Position numbers and translations under genes: made by a program. Under the pieces are notes generated by a model. The model was not told the origin of the DNA. It searched no databases and was given only the letters and a program-made list of their open reading frames with translations. Shown one piece after another: positions 1 through 11,441 of a stretch of DNA of 64,000 nucleotides (position 1 is the stretch's first letter; each line of letters opens with the position of its first letter). The stretch is from a virus. Location of the stretch: positions 15,756 to 79,755 of the IMG/VR virus record IMGVR_UViG_3300035661_000043; one strand, given 5' to 3'.

Positions 1-2
1 TC

Positions 3-2147
3 AATTTTTTCGGGTTCTAGATCAAACGATCTGAAGAGGAGAAACAGCTTCCTAAATCAGTTGTTGCTCCAAATCTAGCAGATGGTTCTATTGTTATTAA
101 TCAGAACTTGGGAACTGGTATTCTCGGAGACTCTTATACTCTTGCATTTGACCCAGACGGTCAGATCACAAATGAGATCGATCTCGTTCGTAGATATAGA
201 GAATTGTGCAGATATCCAGAAGTAGCAGAAGCTATTGAAGATATCGTTAACGAAGCAGTGATTATCGAAGGTGAAGATAAACCTGTTGAAATCAATCTTG
301 AGTATCTTAAGATCTCAGATTCAATCAAGAAAAAGATCACAGAAGAATTTGCCAAGATTCTTTCACTGATGAACTTCAATGAAGAAGGGTATGATCTATT
401 TGAAAGATGGTATGTGGATGGGAAGATCTTTTTCCATATATTACTGGATGAAAATCATTCAAATGGTATCAAAGAGCTAAGATTAATTGACCCACGTAAG
501 ATCAAGAAGATCAAGAATGTGATCAAAGAGAAATTAGCAAGTGGTGTAGAGATTGTCAGGGAAGTACAAGAATATTACATATACAATGACAAGGGTATTG
601 CAGGCGGCACTAGTCAGGGTGTAAGATTAAGTGTTGATTCTGTTGTGTACTGCCATTCAGGTCTGATTGATTCACAAACTGGATTAGTTCAATCATATTT
701 GCATAAAGCAATCAAACCTGCTAACCAATTAAAAATGTTGGAAGAAGCGGTTATTATCTACAGATATACTCGTGCACCAGAGCGTAGGGTATTCTATATT
801 GATGTTGGAAATTTACCAAAAGGTAAAGCTGAGCAATACGTCAGTGATATGATGAATAAGTTCAAGAACAAGTTATCATATGATGCTGTTACTGGGGAAT
901 TGGCAGATTCTAAGAGACACTTGTGTTTGGATATGAGCACACAAGTACCATTGCTTGATGGCAGAACACTGTCTATTTCCGAGATTGCTGCAGAGATGGA
1001 TCAATCAGATAAACCTCTATGGGCATATTCATGTGATCCAGTGACTGGCAAATTTGTGCCGGGTAAAATTACCTGGGCCGGTGTATCTAGACCAAATGCA
1101 CAAGTCATGCGTATTACTCTTGATAATGGAAAAACCATTACTTGCACCCCAGATCACAAATTTCCAGTTTGGGACAAGGGATTCGTAAAAGCTGAAGATC
1201 TATATATTGGCGAATCAATGATCCCGCATTATACTCGTTGGAAGGAAATTGCTAAGGGTTCTTCCAAGAATTACGAACAAATTTTCGAGAATGATACTGG
1301 AGAATGGAAATTCACACATCAAGCAGTATCCGATTGGAAAGATTGTATTACATCGCGCCGTTCATCTACATCATGTGTTTCTTCTGATAACAGTGCAGAT
1401 AGACAAATTGATTCTCTAATGTTCCGTAACCATAAAATTGCAAAAATTGAGTGGTTAGAAGAAACAATGGACACTGGATGTCTGACTATTGACGGAGATG
1501 AAGAATTCCACAATTATCATACATTCGCTCTATCTGCCGGAATTTACACCCAGAACTAGATGATGGAAGATTTCTGGATGCCTAGGCGCGGAGATAAATC
1601 AACAGAAATCACGACACTTCCAGGGGGTCAGGGTCTCGGTCAGTTGGATGATTTGGATTATTTCAAGGATAAACTATATCGTTCTTTAAATGTACCTAAA
1701 TCTAGATTCGTTCCAGATAGTGGTTTCTCTATTGGTAGATCAGATACTATTTCTAGGGATGAAGTAAAATTTGCTAAATTTGTTGGCAAATTGCGCAACA
1801 AATTCGGAAATATCTTTTTAGATATATTGCGCGTTCAATTGATTTCTAAGGGTATTTTCTCTAGTAAAGATTGGGAACAATTTAAAGAGAAGATTAAAGT
1901 CATTTACGCTAAAGATAACTTCTTTGCCGAATTAAAAGAAAATGAAGTTCTTACTACTAGACTTTAGACTGCATTGCAATTGGATCCATTTGTCGGCAAA
2001 TATGTAAGCAAAGAATACATCCAAAGAAAAGTACTAAGATTCACAGATGATGAAATAAAAGAAATAAATACACAAATGGAAGCCGAGATCAAATCTGGTG
2101 ATATTACTGACCCAGTAGCAATGATGCAAGAACCACCTCAGGCATAA
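3..2147 (+). CDS. 20: Portal protein gp20 (5' end outside window) containing an intein; in-frame TAG read as Ser at 18, 1557, 1965
   Basis: gp20 motifs YLHKAIKPANQLKMLE, RAPERRVFYIDVGNLP, EDFWMPRR, LDPFVGKY lie in one frame across three TAGs; ends TAA 2145-2147. Confidence 0.95.
924..1556 (+). mobile_element. Mini-intein (211 aa) in gp20 with a degenerate endonuclease remnant
   Basis: Starts CLDMST (block A), contains TPDHKF (block B), ends HTFALSAGIYTQN; it interrupts KRHL|SMMEDFW; the +1 codon is TAG. Confidence 0.92.
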
Positions 2148-2163
2148 TCTTTAAGGAATAAAC

Positions 2164-2403
2164 ATGACAACAGCGCATGATTTAGTTAACGCAATTCAGT
2201 CAGGCAAAAGTGCAACGATTCAGGCTACTTTTGATTCACTAATGACAGAGAAAATTCAGGGTGGTATCGAGGCATATCGTCAAGCAGTCATCGATAACAC
2301 TTTCAACCCAGAATTGATGGAATCTGCCGAAGAATCTGCCGAAGAATCTGCCGAAGAAGATGCAGATGATTCTAGCATTAATGGACTAAGCAAGAGCACA
2401 TGA
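2164..2403 (+). CDS. Prohead core protein, gp67-like
   Basis: Small acidic protein directly after gp20, RBS AAGGA, ESAEE repeats. Confidence 0.65.
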   Translation: MTTAHDLVNAIQSGKSATIQATFDSLMTEKIQGGIEAYRQAVIDNTFNPELMESAEESAEESAEEDADDSSINGLSKST

Positions 2404-2476
2404 TAGAGTTGGCAACAAAAGCCGTCAAAAGAATTCCTAATATCGGTAAAGCAGTCGACAAACTAACTAAGTAATT

Positions 2477-2899
2477 ATGGCTAAAACAATACTCAAAAAT
2501 ACAGAAACTTTAGCAATCGTAAAAGTTTCTGGCAACAATATCTCAGAGACAATCACTCTTGCTACAGATCTTTTATAGTCATCTACAGTTGTTTCTGGCA
2601 CACCATCAGTTGGTATCAACCATATCCAATGGTCTTTGCAGGGTGACAATGGGGCTACTAAAATTGCTATTACTAGAGGAGCTACAGATGTACTTTCTCT
2701 ATATGATAACGGTTAGGCATTTGATTTTGCTGGCAATGGTGGTTTCTGTGAGACCACAGGGTCTACATCTGATCTAGTAGTCACAATCACTGGCAAAGCA
2801 TATGCTTATATAACTCTCAGAAAACTCTCTGGCTATAAGTCTAAGATTGAGACAGCAGAGTTTGGTTCATATGACGACACAACTGTGGTAGGAAGCTAA
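2477..2899 (+). CDS. Hypothetical head-module protein (140 aa, 2 in-frame TAG)
   Basis: ATG..TAA frame fills the gap between gp67 and gp21 only if TAG is a sense codon. Confidence 0.75.
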
Positions 2900-2901
2900 T
2901 C

Positions 2902-3543
2902 ATGTTGCTTTTAAGAGAATAGGTTGATTTTACTGATGTTCAGTTACTAACAGAGGCAGATGCTTCTGGCAAGAAATCTCTCTTCATTGAGGGTATTTTT
3001 GCTCAAGCCGAAAAGAAGAACCGCAATGGTAGGATTTACCCAAAATCAGTCATGGAAAAGTCTATAACTGATTATATTGATAATCAGGTTAAGAAGAAAC
3101 GTGCTCTCGGAGAAATTAGTCACCCCTCAGATCGACCACAGGTAAAACCAGAACTAGCATCACATCTGATCACAGAACTTCGGTTTGACGGAAATGATGT
3201 TTATGGTAAAGCTAAGGTGCTAGAAACACCACAGGGTCAAGTATTAGCAGGTTTGCTAAATGGTGGTGTTCAGATGGGTGTGTCTACACGTGGTCTCGGC
3301 ACAGTAGTTGAAAGAGCTGGATCAACATTTGTCAACAATGATTATGTTATCATGGCAATTGATGCTGTTGCAGATCCATCTGGAATCGATTGCTTTGTTG
3401 ATGCCGTAAATGAATCTCGTGAATGGTTGGTTCTTGACAATGGTCAGGTAATCGAAAGGATGAGACAAGAAATTAAAAAGACTCAACTCACTGAAGAACG
3501 TAAGTATCAGATGATGTCAGAGTTTTTTGCTTCTTTAAAATAA
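2902..3543 (+). CDS. 21: Prohead protease gp21 (1 in-frame TAG near start)
   Basis: FIEGIFAQAE-KNRNGRIYP, ALGEISHP, GVSTRGLG, DAVADPS. Confidence 0.95.
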
Positions 3544-3618
3544 GAAGCACAACAGATTGATGGTATATTTGAATAGTTGCTTTTTATATTAAGAAATTGA
3601 TTTTCGAGATCTAAAAAG

Positions 3619-3626
3619 TATAAATA
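3619..3626 (+). promoter_or_regulatory. T4-type late promoter TATAAATA
   Basis: Exact consensus upstream of gp22; gp55 is encoded in the window. Confidence 0.8.
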
Positions 3627-3651
3627 AAACATTGTTTATTAGGAATTTAAC

Positions 3652-4680
3652 ATGGGAAAAGAACAAGATCTGTTAGAAGAATTGCGTCTCCGTGCTGCCG
3701 CTCTAGTTGAAGCCAAAGAAAAGGCTTGTGACAAAGAGGATGAGAAAGATATGGATGACGAGAAAGATGAAATCGAGGATGGTGCCGAAGATTCTGATGA
3801 TGATTCTGATGATGATTCTGATGATGATTCTGATGATTCTGATGATTCTGAAAAAGATGACAAGAAAAAATCAAAGAATTCAAAGAATTCAAAGAATGAA
3901 TCTAAGGAAGTTGACATGAGCATCGAATCTATTTTCGAAGGTCAGGATCTGTCCGAAGAATTCAAAATCAAAATTACTGCACTGTTCGAAGCATCAGTTG
4001 CACAAAAAGTTTCCGCTATTGAAGAATCCTATGTGAAAGCAATGGGAGAATTCAAGGCAGAAGTATCTCAGCGGACAATCTCTGAGTCCGCTGAGGTAGT
4101 AGAGGGACTCGTTGAAAGAGTTGATGGATATCTCGACTATATGGTTGAGCAGTGGATTGAAAATAATGAGATTGCCCTTGAACGTGGTATCAAAGCTGAC
4201 CTGTTCGAAAGCTTCATGACTGGTATGAAAGGTCTATTTGAAGAGCATATGATTAATGTCCCGGAAGACAAGATCGAAGTTCTAGAATCCCAAGCAGCCG
4301 AAATTGAAGAATTAGAATCTAAGGTTGACTCTGTTCTCGCAGAAAATGTAGAACTGAAGCAAACTCTAAAAGGAATCGCTAAGCAAAATCAAATCAAGGA
4401 AGCAGCCAATGGCCTTTCCGAAGTAGAGATGGAGCGATTTGTAGAACTAGCTGAAGAACTTACATATGACAATGAAGAAGTTTTCGGTAAGAAATTGTCC
4501 GTAATCCGCGAACAATTCTTCTCGCAGACCGATGACTCCAAGCAATTGGTAGAGTCAGTGGCCAATGTGACTACTGATGAGCCTCTGGTAGAAGTTGAAA
4601 TGCCAAAACGTGCTCTGAGCGAAGGTGTTGACCCTACAATCGCAGCTCTGGCAGCTCGCATCGCCCGTAATTCTTACTAA
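3652..4680 (+). CDS. 22: Prohead scaffold protein gp22
   Basis: LSEEFK..LFEA, VDGYLDYMVEQW, FEEH motifs; lies between gp21 and gp23; DSDD low-complexity tract. Confidence 0.92.
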   Translation: MGKEQDLLEELRLRAAALVEAKEKACDKEDEKDMDDEKDEIEDGAEDSDDDSDDDSDDDSDDSDDSEKDDKKKSKNSKNSKNESKEVDMSIESIFEGQDLSEEFKIKITALFEASVAQKVSAIEESYVKAMGEFKAEVSQRTISESAEVVEGLVERVDGYLDYMVEQWIENNEIALERGIKADLFESFMTGMKGLFEEHMINVPEDKIEVLESQAAEIEELESKVDSVLAENVELKQTLKGIAKQNQIKEAANGLSEVEMERFVELAEELTYDNEEVFGKKLSVIREQFFSQTDDSKQLVESVANVTTDEPLVEVEMPKRALSEGVDPTIAALAARIARNSY

Positions 4681-4705
4681 TCCATTAACTCTAAAGGAAA
4701 ATAAA

Positions 4706-5974
4706 ATGGAACAAAATGTCCAACAATTGGTCAAAAAGTGGTCTCCTATTCTGGAGCACGCCGATATGCCAGCAATCAAGAGCGCTCAAGTTCGCGCTGA
4801 TACTGCTGTTCTGTTGGAGAACCAAGAGCGCGAAATGACCCGTGCTACTTCCTCTCTGAACGAAGATGCAGCCAGTAACGCTGTTGGTGCTATGAGTGAC
4901 ACCGGTGGTGTTGCTAAGTTTGACCCAGTACTGATCAGCTTGGTTCGCCGTGCTGCTCCTGCAATGATCGCTTATGATATCTGCGGTGTTCAGCCTATGT
5001 CCCAGCCTACAGGTCTGATCTTCGCTATGAAGAGCAGGTACGGTTCACAAGGTGGCCCTGAGGCACTGTTCAACGAAGCTGATTCTGACTTCTCAGGCAA
5101 GGGCACGCATGCTGGTTCTAACCCAGTCAACGGTACTTACACTACTGGTACTGGTATGACTACCACCGAAGCAGAAACCCTAGGTTCTACCAACGGTACT
5201 CCTGGTGGCACATTCAATCAGATGGCATTCACCATTGAAAAGACTTCCGTGGTTGCACAAACCCGCGCTTTGAAGGCTGAGTACACTGTTGAACTGGCTC
5301 AAGATCTGAAGTCTGTTCATGGTCTGGATGCTGAACAAGAACTGAGCAACATCCTGTCTCAAGAAATCACCAACGAGTTGAACCGTGAAATCATGCGTAC
5401 CGTGTACACCTCTGCTAAGTTAGGTGCTCAAGTTGGTACTGCTACTGCCGGTACTTTCGATCTGGATGTGGATTCTAACGGTCGTTGGTCTGTTGAGAAG
5501 TTCAAGGGTCTGATGTTCCAAATCGAACGCGAAGCTAACCGTATCTATCAAGAGACACGTCGTGGCAAGGGTAACATCATCATCGCGTCTGCCGATGTTG
5601 CTTCTGCTCTGGCAATGGCTGGTGTTCTGGATTATGCTCCTGCACTGAAGACTGATCTAAATGTTGACGAAGCTACTAGCACCTTCGCTGGTGTTCTGAA
5701 TGGTCGTTACAAAGTATATGTTGACCCATTCGTTGCTAACGGTACTGCTGAACAGTTCCTGTTGGTCGGCTATAAGGGTGCAAATCGCTTTGATGCTGGT
5801 ATGTTCTACTGCCCATACGTTCCACTGCAAATGTATCGTGCAACAGATCCACAAACCTTCCAACCAAAGATTGCTTTCCGTACACGATATGGACTGGTGG
5901 CTAACCCATTCACCACTAACAGTGCTGATAGCAACATTTATTACCGCAAAATTAAGGTTACCAACTTGTTATAA
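4706..5974 (+). CDS. 23: Major capsid protein gp23
   Basis: KWSPIL, FDPVLISLVRR, ICGVQPM, RALKAEYTVELAQDLK, YCPYVPL, FQPKIAFRTRYG. Confidence 0.98.
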   Translation: MEQNVQQLVKKWSPILEHADMPAIKSAQVRADTAVLLENQEREMTRATSSLNEDAASNAVGAMSDTGGVAKFDPVLISLVRRAAPAMIAYDICGVQPMSQPTGLIFAMKSRYGSQGGPEALFNEADSDFSGKGTHAGSNPVNGTYTTGTGMTTTEAETLGSTNGTPGGTFNQMAFTIEKTSVVAQTRALKAEYTVELAQDLKSVHGLDAEQELSNILSQEITNELNREIMRTVYTSAKLGAQVGTATAGTFDLDVDSNGRWSVEKFKGLMFQIEREANRIYQETRRGKGNIIIASADVASALAMAGVLDYAPALKTDLNVDEATSTFAGVLNGRYKVYVDPFVANGTAEQFLLVGYKGANRFDAGMFYCPYVPLQMYRATDPQTFQPKIAFRTRYGLVANPFTTNSADSNIYYRKIKVTNLL

Positions 5975-6014
5975 TTTATAACAAGCTACCTATACTGGAT
6001 ATAGGTTTAATATC

Positions 6015-6038
6015 AAAACCGCCTTCTGGCGGTTTTTT
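6015..6038. terminator. Bidirectional intrinsic terminator after gp23
   Basis: AAAACCGCC-TTCT-GGCGGTTTTTT between convergent genes. Confidence 0.85.
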
Positions 6039-6040
6039 CA

Positions 6041-7486
6041 TTAGTTCAAGATATAGACAAAATTTCCACAGTCATATATTTGAAAATATCCAGCATTTTC
6101 CATAATCTGTCTTTCAGTTAAATCATCTTTATAATAAGTAGGTACTAATTTCTTTAGTTTGGATTTTTGTGTTTGATATCTTGAATACCAACCATTAAAA
6201 CTATGCCAGGAATAACCGGGTTCTGTTTTTCTTATATATTTCCCAAATCGGGAATATGTTTTGCCAGTGGATATTTTTCTGTCGCAATAAGTAAGAATAG
6301 GTTCTGTTGTTATATTATTTCTTACATATTTCATCAATTTTGAAAAACCACCAATGACTGTGACATTAAGTTTAGACGCCATTCTTATTAATTCAAAATT
6401 ACATTCTTTTGTGAATCTACTTTTTCCTATGGATATACACATGACGATCTCATTATCTGATAGAAGAGCAATATAGTTATTAGCAGGAGAAAATCCCTGA
6501 AGATGTGTTTTATCAAAAAATTCTCTTGCTTCTTTCGCTGCAATCTCTTTTATAGTTGTTTTTCTTGCATAGATTTTTTCTGAATTACCTAATTTGTTCA
6601 AAAGAATAGACTTCACAATTTCTGGTTTATGTTTCAATTCCTATTCAAATATATGCATAAGATTAACACCAATTTGAGAAGCCATTTCTGTTTTTTCTAG
6701 ATGAGATTTAATTTCATCTGATTTTTTAGTAGAATGCCAATAGATTCCATCAAATTCAATCCCAAGTTTTAGTTCTGGGATGTAAATGTCAATTTCTCTC
6801 GGAGTTATTACTGATCTACTATTTCTTACAGTATCAAAACCGAAAGATCTGATCCATGCATCTAATTCATCCTCACCAGCAGAACCTGTTTTGGCATAAG
6901 TAAAAAGATTATGATATGCATAATACTTTTGTACAAAAACTACATGAGCACCATTAAAGAATTTCATACTTAGTTCTGATAAAGATTTACACTCATCTCT
7001 AATAGAGCAGAGATAATCTTTGTCAAAATACATATCCAAATTTAAACCAAGTTCTGAAAATTTACTCTTTAAAGATTCGATCTTTCTAATTCCCCTTTTC
7101 TTTTTCTTTGATTCTTTTACACCAGGAATTCCATTATTCCATGAAACACCGTATTTTTCTTGGTAAGTTTTTCTAGCTTTTTCTGCACGTTGTTTAGAAT
7201 TATTTCTTTGAATTTCAGATATTTTGGCAACAGTAGAAGGTTCATTTGCTGCACATCTAGGAGAACATACTTTCTGACCGGGTTTCACATAGTGAATACC
7301 ACCACAGTAACATTTCATTGGCGGCATGTCGCTTATCAAGAAATCGATACGATCCCGCATGTTCCATTTTTCATAGCCAACGGCTGAAGTTTTCTCCATA
7401 ATATATGTAAATAGCCCATGAGACTTGAGATAATTCTCTTGCATTTTTCTGGGACTTTTTCTTACTTCTACAAGTTTTTCTTTCAT
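6041..7486 (-). CDS. Hef-like/Vsr-fold putative homing endonuclease (1 TAG at 6641)
   Basis: EIDIYIPELKLGIEFDGIYWHS, HIFE*E, ELIRMASK, YDCG; the two track ORFs are in frame across one TAG. Confidence 0.8.
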
Positions 7487-7586
7487 TCTAGCCTTAAATT
7501 GGTTATATCAATTTGATGATCTTGTTAATTAAACATGTCTACTAACCTTTTGTAACCTAATTGATGAATTAAGTGTTCAATCTTTT

Positions 7587-7615
7587 CACAAAACCGCCCG
7601 AAGGCGGTTTTTGTG
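7587..7615. terminator. Bidirectional intrinsic terminator, paralog of 6015-6038
   Basis: CACAAAACCGCC-CGAA-GGCGGTTTTTGTG. Confidence 0.8.
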
Positions 7616-7623
7616 TTTCTTCT

Positions 7624-9090
7624 TCATGTTAACACATACTTTAAATTGCCGCAATCATAGTATATCTTGAACTTATTATTAAACATATTCTGTTCTTCTG
7701 TTAAGTTTTGATCAAAAGTCTTTAACAGTGTCGATAATTTGGATTTTTGTGTTTTGTATCTGGAATATGTTCTTGATCCATTTGTCCAAACATACCCAGG
7801 ATCTGTCAATTTCAAGAATGTAAACTATGATTTTGCATATACATTCCCATTTGAAATTCTTCTGTCAGCATATGTAATAATAGAACCAGTATAGTTCTTT
7901 CTGAAATAATTTAGAATCTTCTGAAATCCACCTACAACAGTAGTATTCAATTTAGATGCAAATCTGATGATTTCCCACTCATAGTTCTTTTCAAATCTTG
8001 GTTTACCAAAAGTACAAACTGCTACTAATTCATTCTCATAATATAGACCGAGATTGACTTTAGACACTGCATATCCACTTAGATGTGTTGTTTCCAAGAA
8101 TTGCTTTGTATTTTTAGAATCAACTATTCTAAGATCACATTTTCTAGCATATATCTTTTCTGTGATGCCTAATTTAGAACGAATAATAGATTTGACTAAT
8201 TCCGGAGATTCTTTCCATTCTTCTTCTGTGATTCTTATAACAAGATTACCCGTTTTTTCTGCATCAATCACTTTCTTTTGATGTATTTTCTTTTCGGCAG
8301 ATGAGAGTTTTCTGTCTGATCCGTGAAAATATAGACCATCATATTCTATACCAAAATTCTTTTCTGGTACAAATATGTCTATCTCTCTTTTATCTGTGTC
8401 AAAAATTTTGACATTCTGTTGAACGTCAAATCCAATCGATTTGACGAATTCTGCAATTTGTTTTTGACCAGAAGAAATAGAATAGCCTACTTTCACTGGT
8501 ATTTCATGTAACGCAATATATTTTGCTATAGTTCCTTTGTCAATATCAAACTCCGATGATATATCCATATACGTCTTGTCTAATGTGATATACTGATTAT
8601 ATAGCCAATCTCTGTCTGAAACCATGGTTTCAATTCTTTTCTACAACTTAGATTTAGTCCATACGTGCTTTATATCTTCTCTTTGTGAGTTATATTCTAC
8701 CCCATATTTCTTAATCATTGTTTCTTTTCTGGATTGTTTTCTTTTTTCAAGAATTTCTGGATCTGAATCACGAGTTTTTACAGCAAGACGGATTCTTTCA
8801 ACATCTTTAGAAGAACATTTTTTTGAACAATAATCTGAAATTCCTTTGTCTCCAAATACGAACATTCTTCTATTTGTTTTACACACCGCACAAACCCCAG
8901 GTTCACACAATTGCATTTTGGCTAGTGTGAACAATTCTCTGACAGAATAGCCATCTCGTTCATATATATCTAAAATAGCTAGAATATGTGAAGTGTATTC
9001 AAATTTTGCACGAAGAAATTTGTAATTGCACCTCTTGCTAGGTATTTTTCCATTTACTTCTAGTGCTTCTATTATCTCATCAAACCACAT
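7624..9090 (-). CDS. Second Hef-like putative homing endonuclease (TAG at 8641 and 7825)
   Basis: YCSKKC, KKYGVEY, EIDIFVPEKNFGIEYDGLYFH, YDCGN; three track ORFs join in frame; AGGAG upstream of ATG 9090. Confidence 0.8.
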
Positions 9091-9398
9091 TTGGAAACTC
9101 CTATGTTCTATATTATATATTAATTTGATGATCCAGTGAAGTAAACGGAATGAATAATAGAAACTATTCATTACTTCAATGTGACTAATTTCTCACACAT
9201 AGACAAAGTTATGTTTGTCTGTGTCAGATCACTGCTAGACAAGATCGAAGCTGTAGGACAGTTAATGCAGGAGCCTACTGGTGTCTCCTTCGGTTTATGT
9301 TTCAATTCCTATTCGGACCCAAACCCTTAATTCACGGAGTGCGCGTATTTTTCTCACTTGGTACATAAATAGTACAACACACTTTCGGGGATATTCAA

Positions 9399-10301
9399 AT
9401 GACCGGTAATGATTTAGCTGATATGTTATCCAAGTCTGGATACAAAATAAAGTCGAAAACAAGTACATCTGTTGTTGTATTAGTATCTGGAAATCGCCTT
9501 AATGCTATGAAAGAGTTAGCTGTAAAATTACACAATCTAGGTGCTGTAATGGATCCGAATGCAAAGGGTTAGTAGATCGGTGCCATTATGATTGATAAAA
9601 TTAAGGTATTAGTAAAATCAGATGGGAAGACTGGTGGGCTAGATGTAGAATAGGCGGCTATTGAATCTTTAACTAATGCTATAAATGGGGCATTATGTCA
9701 GGCTGGAGAGCCAATTACTATTAAAATGCCACATCGAACAGTATCTGGGATCGTTGGTGTAGAAAAAACTGCTGGCACACCTAAGTAGGATTTTCACTTA
9801 GTAGATGAAAATGATAGACCTGTAGTTTTCATCTCTCATAAAAAAGGTTCTAAACCAAATGATTTTCAACAATGGGGTGGCATGACAGAAAAAGAAATTG
9901 CTGCTCATAAAGAAGTAATCCAATTCGCTTTGGAATGTAGAGCTAGCCCGCATGTTGGATAGAAGATACCTTAGGGTATGTCTGTGTATAAGAAAATAAA
10001 AAGTAATGATCTAAAGATGATGTAGGTATTTGGTGTCAATTCTCTAAGATAGAATGGTAATGATATCAATTCCGTAGATGTACTAATCCAAGGAGACCCG
10101 GGTGTCAAATTTATATCTGGAGTTACATTTGAATTAACGGGTACAGGTCACATACATTATTACGGCGATATCCCTAGTGGCGGATTTGAACCAGTTTTAG
10201 CATGCATATATAAAGGTGACAGAGATCAATTCGGTATTAAAGGTGCAAGATTTTCTATCTATCCATTCGCAGGAAGAAATTTTAAGGTCCAATTGAAATG
10301 A
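9399..10301 (+). CDS. Hypothetical protein, possible PD-(D/E)XK-like fold (300 aa, 8 in-frame TAG; absent from the ORF track)
   Basis: Open frame with only TAG interruptions: G**IG, GTPK*DF, ISHKKG, FQQWGG; CATAAATA late-promoter variant at 9364. Confidence 0.8.
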
Positions 10302-10801
10302 TATCATTTAGACAATATCTTATAGAGGCAATGGATACTCGTGTTGGAAATTATGTTTAGGTCGGAACAACATTCCCAGACATAATAGATCAGATGGATG
10401 TTTCAACTGGAAATAGATCAAAAGATCCTCATATCACATTAGTCTACTCTAAAGAATCTTCTGTTGATAAAAACAAACTGTTAAAGTCAATCCAGCAATC
10501 ATTTAAAGATTATGGAGTAGCAGAAATAATTGGAGCAGCTGCTTTTAGAGAAGATGATAAAGCATGTATAGTACTCAAACTTAAATCTCCACAATTATCT
10601 AGAATTAATACCGCTCTGTGTTCATTTGAAGATATAAAACATTCATATCCAGAGTTCAATCCACACCTAACTCTATTCTATGATGTAAATCAAGAAGAAG
10701 CAGATTACTGGGTAGATTGGTTAAACCAGAGAGTTAAAGGGAAAATGTTAGAATTCAAAGGATTTGAATAGACAACAATTATAGAAGATTGGAACAAATA
10801 A
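10298..10801 (+). CDS. 2H phosphoesterase, T4 57B/Acb1-like (2 TAG)
   Basis: Two HxT motifs (HITLVYS, PHLTLFY), N-terminal GNYV and C-terminal DW as in 57B. Confidence 0.75.
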
Positions 10802-10889
10802 TGACTACTTCATGAATGCAAACATCACCCGCATAATGCTCACCAAAACCCCAATAATTATAGAAGATTGGAACAAATAATGACTACTT
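10777..10889 (+). repeat. 34-bp direct repeat duplicating the 57B-like/gp3 junction
   Basis: AATTATAGAAGATTGGAACAAATAATGACTACTT at 10777 and 10856. Confidence 0.9.
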
Positions 10890-11431
10890 TAACTTGCCCA
10901 AGCCCAGGTAATGTGAATCCTCTTAGACTCCAGAGTTATCAGTTCACGATTCAGAAATTACCAGAACTGACGTATTTTGTCTCTACTACTGAAGTACCAT
11001 AGATGACGCTCGGTGTTTCTACACAGTCATCTTCTGTACATGATATTAAGATACCAGGTGAAACGATGGATTATTCGGATCTGACTATCGATTTTCAGAT
11101 TGATGAGGAGATGAAGAACTGGAATGCAATTTATTTCTGGATGGTGGGTCTTGGTTACCCAGAAGGTCATGAGTTGTATCGGCGTTATATGAATGCCAAG
11201 GTAAATCAAAATTCTACAAATGAACTGATGAAGGGCTATTCAGATGCATCGCTGATTGTTTTGGATTCTTAGAATAACCCGAAACAGGTTTTTACTTTTG
11301 TGGACTTGTTCCCCGTGAGTCTGTCGGGTATGAGATTTGATTCTAGTAACACAGACAACCCCATAGCAATGGCGTAGGCGACTTTTGCTTATTCTTATTA
11401 CTACATAAATAAGGATGTGCAAACCACTTGA
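10880..11431 (+). CDS. 3: Tail completion/sheath stabilizer gp3 (3 TAG)
   Basis: FTIQKLP, IPGE, FQIDEEMKNW, SDASL, FVDLFPVSLSG; synteny with uvsY. Confidence 0.85.
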
Positions 11432-11441
11432 GACATAAATT

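Noticed and set aside
1557-1559. TAG=Gln (code 15), or a split intein in gp20
   Set aside because: Gln cannot be the +1 nucleophile, and the TAG lies after the complete intein rather than inside it
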